This document shows, piece after piece, positions 61,365-64,000 of a stretch of 64,000 nucleotides of DNA (position 1 is the first letter of the stretch; each line of letters begins with the position of its first letter). Origin of the DNA: Takakia lepidozioides (lineage: Eukaryota > Plantae > Bryophyta); the NCBI GenBank assembly GCA_030704615.1, contig CM060731.1:31620001-31684000 (forward strand), written 5' to 3'. A program made the position numbers and the translations under genes. Below the pieces are notes generated by a model. It was not told where the DNA came from. It worked only from the letters and a program-made list of their open reading frames with translations, and ran no database searches.

Positions 61365-64000
61365 CAGAAAAAACCACGCCTATAGGGTAACATGTTCATC
61401 AGGTATAGGGGCTATTTGTTCTTTATGTGTTAGTTTTCAAATAATTGTTAGTTTTGCCAATTTCATTTCGCATGGAAATTTCACGAGAATTTTGCGAAAG
61501 TTCAAAGAATATGCCCTTGTGCTCACCCAACCTCTCTAACTTGATTCTCTAACCGTCCTTGCCAATGCTATTCGTCAAGGCCCCGCCGGACTAGTTAATT
61601 CTTCTTGAAGAAGAGGTCCGGCAGGCTTTTTGGAATTTCTGCATTTTCGGGCAGTGATCCTCATATAAAACATTACAGGTATCCCATGTGTGCATAGTTA
61701 GTGTAGCGGTATCAAGTGGGGGTTTGGAAGAGCAAGTGGTAGGGTCAAATGTGTGGGACATTGATATTGGAAGGGTTTGACAGTCTATTTTTAATTATCA
61801 TCGGACTGCGTAGGCAAGTACGGTAATACCGTGCTGCGACAAGCGGGATGGCCTTACAGTTCCATTTCTTTATGGGTTTTTTTTTCCACTTAAAGATCTT
61901 GTTAACTCCTTTATGGGGTTTTTGCCTCCACGTGAAGGTTCTTGTTAGCTCTCGTACTGTCACCTCATTTGGGTCTTTTATAAGGCGTAAAAACCTACTC
62001 TAGAATTTCCTTTGTATTTTCTAGGGAATTTTGAAGCAGAATTTACCCACTACTGTATCCCACTAAAGGCAAGAGCATGGAACCCATGCCAAAGGCCGAT
62101 TTGTGGAACACGTTCTTGTCCCTTCGACGAGATATCATGTACGGTTGAAACAGAGCCAGGTAGTCACAGGGTGCAACCAGATGTTCCCCCACATGATAGC
62201 CTTAGTGGAACCATGATTCCACTCTCTTATATCGTATGCACAAAGAAATACGTGACTAGTAACTGTCTACGATGCTGCCTGGAATGGATTAGAGCTGCCC
62301 GAAATCAAGAATTAACAATTTGAGTAGAAAGAGCAGATTTTTACGCAACGAAAAGTTCCTGCCCACATACTTTCCGCCACGTATGCCGTGGGGCGACCAC
62401 CCTCAGGCCCACCCTTAAAAGTCCTGGGGCAGGAACTTTCGGCCGCTATACTTTACAGAGTTATCACCGCACGCACTTGAGGGGGCTGAAAATCCGTGAG
62501 GAGTGAACACGGACCTATTAGCCGAACCATTTCCGAACCTATCTTTAAACCTATCTCTAGGTTCAAGATAAGCTCGGCTAGGTCCGGGTTTATGCATTCT
62601 GATTTTGGATTCAAGATATGTAGATGTAAAACAAATCCATGATTCGTTAAGTCACCCTCCCTTCCGTCCCAGATACATCCCCACAATGCTTCCGTTGAGC
62701 ACCTTGTGCGTATCTGTTTATTTGAGCATACGCAGTACCAAAAGATGAACTAGGGAGGGGCAAGCCTACAGCAACGGACCCACGCCAAGGTGCCGGCGTG
62801 TTAGCCTCATGTCAGCGTGGGCCCCGCCCCAGCCTCCGCTTCGTTCCACGCCCGCAGCTACCCAGAGAGGAATGCCAAAAACCAAATAGAGGATAAAACG
62901 CGTTTTACGTTCATGTCTGTGTTCTTTTGAGTTTGGTCCTCTCGTTTTTTCCCTTGTATTTTGCTCTTTATTGCACTTCAGCTTGTCTTTTGGCCAAATT
63001 GGCTTAACTCACCCTCTATCCCCTCGACTTAACGGATAACTCTATTGACTTCAAAAAAAATGGAGTTTTTTACTAGATAACTACCGTAAATACTTACTGT
63101 AACAGCGCATGTAACCGCAAAACTTGGAACACCTCAAAGGGTTAAGGTTCAGCACCGAACCCGACTTGATATATGCAAAGCATATTTATATATTTATATA
63201 TATACACAAGTTAAATTTTTTTTAACATGAAATGTCAAGAAACCTAGATGTCGGTCCTGTTTGGCGCCGAACAGTGCTATAGGCTTTGTAGTGGTCCGAA
63301 CGTGCTATGTAGCTTCGGGATTTCCATTTATTTCCATAGTTTGGTTTGGCACAGGTTCGGGATTTTTTGTGGAGAATATTCCTCGAAACATAATATTATA
63401 TCATGTTCGGCAGACTCTGCTCACATAAATAAATTAGGGTCTGTGCTCATGGAAGAACCAACCACACGTTCTAGAGGGAGCGCTTAGAGCTGTACCAGCG
63501 TATCAGGCCTATACCGGCGTACCACAGCCAGCAAGGCACAAGAGATAAATAGTGTAGTGAGGTATGAAGTGTGCAGAGTAACACAGAGGGGAGCTTGGAG
63601 GGGTCAGCACTACAAAAGGCAAACAGAATGTACAAATTTGCCTTTGGCTAATCTAGGAGCAATTTTTCATGTCAATAAATTCACAGAATCATCATACTCA
63701 CACCTATGCCCCTAATTGACATTTCTATTCATTTGATGGTTTAGGTTCCAAATTTATATTTTTTAAGGGGGGCCCTGCTTGCAAAGCCCACCAAAGTGAG
63801 GTGGAGGCGAAAGAACCTTGTAGAATGTAGCCCTTACCCTTTATATATGTTTGTCTCAAGGCGGTGGTGGAGACTTCTAGAAGGAGCCCATTGCCTCATA
63901 TTCCCAAGTGTCTCATCCTGCTTATGGAAAGCTCTAGAACTAGAAGGAGGGCCCAACCTCCGACTTCTATGCTAGCATGTGCACTTGGCCTCACATTTCA

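Noticed and set aside
61500-64000. Further ethylene receptor exons or a defined transposon
   Set aside because: No VAVALSHA or kinase-like exon found and no TIR/TSD pair could be fixed; probably repeat-rich intron.

Overview
Eukaryotic land-plant nuclear DNA with spliceosomal introns; the gene content suggests a non-seed plant (inference). In order: polyol/monosaccharide transporter (-, runs off the left edge); a 4-exon gene for an unknown ~169-aa protein, probably plastid-targeted (-); TMEM45/DUF716 membrane protein (+); a ~28-kb, ~24-exon SOS1/NHX7 Na+/H+ antiporter (-); an intronless F-box gene (+); a disabled HYL1/DRB1-like dsRNA-binding gene (+); an 89-aa conserved small protein (+); mitochondrial-type Obg GTPase (-); RPS8 (+); and an ethylene receptor (+, runs off the right edge) with MITEs in its intron. 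The SOS1 introns hold two non-LTR retrotransposon families (called A and B here) stacked head-to-tail at CT-rich tracts. At least seven copies of a ~55-75-nt family-A 3' terminus occur in SOS1 introns: the parent end, one on a ~540-bp truncated copy, and five free-standing. In the parent this terminus is both the last codons of ORF2 and a conserved stem-loop. SOS1 also has an 11.4-kb GC-AG intron and an apparent frameshift in exon 6. All exon models were read by eye, so boundaries may be off by a few bases.
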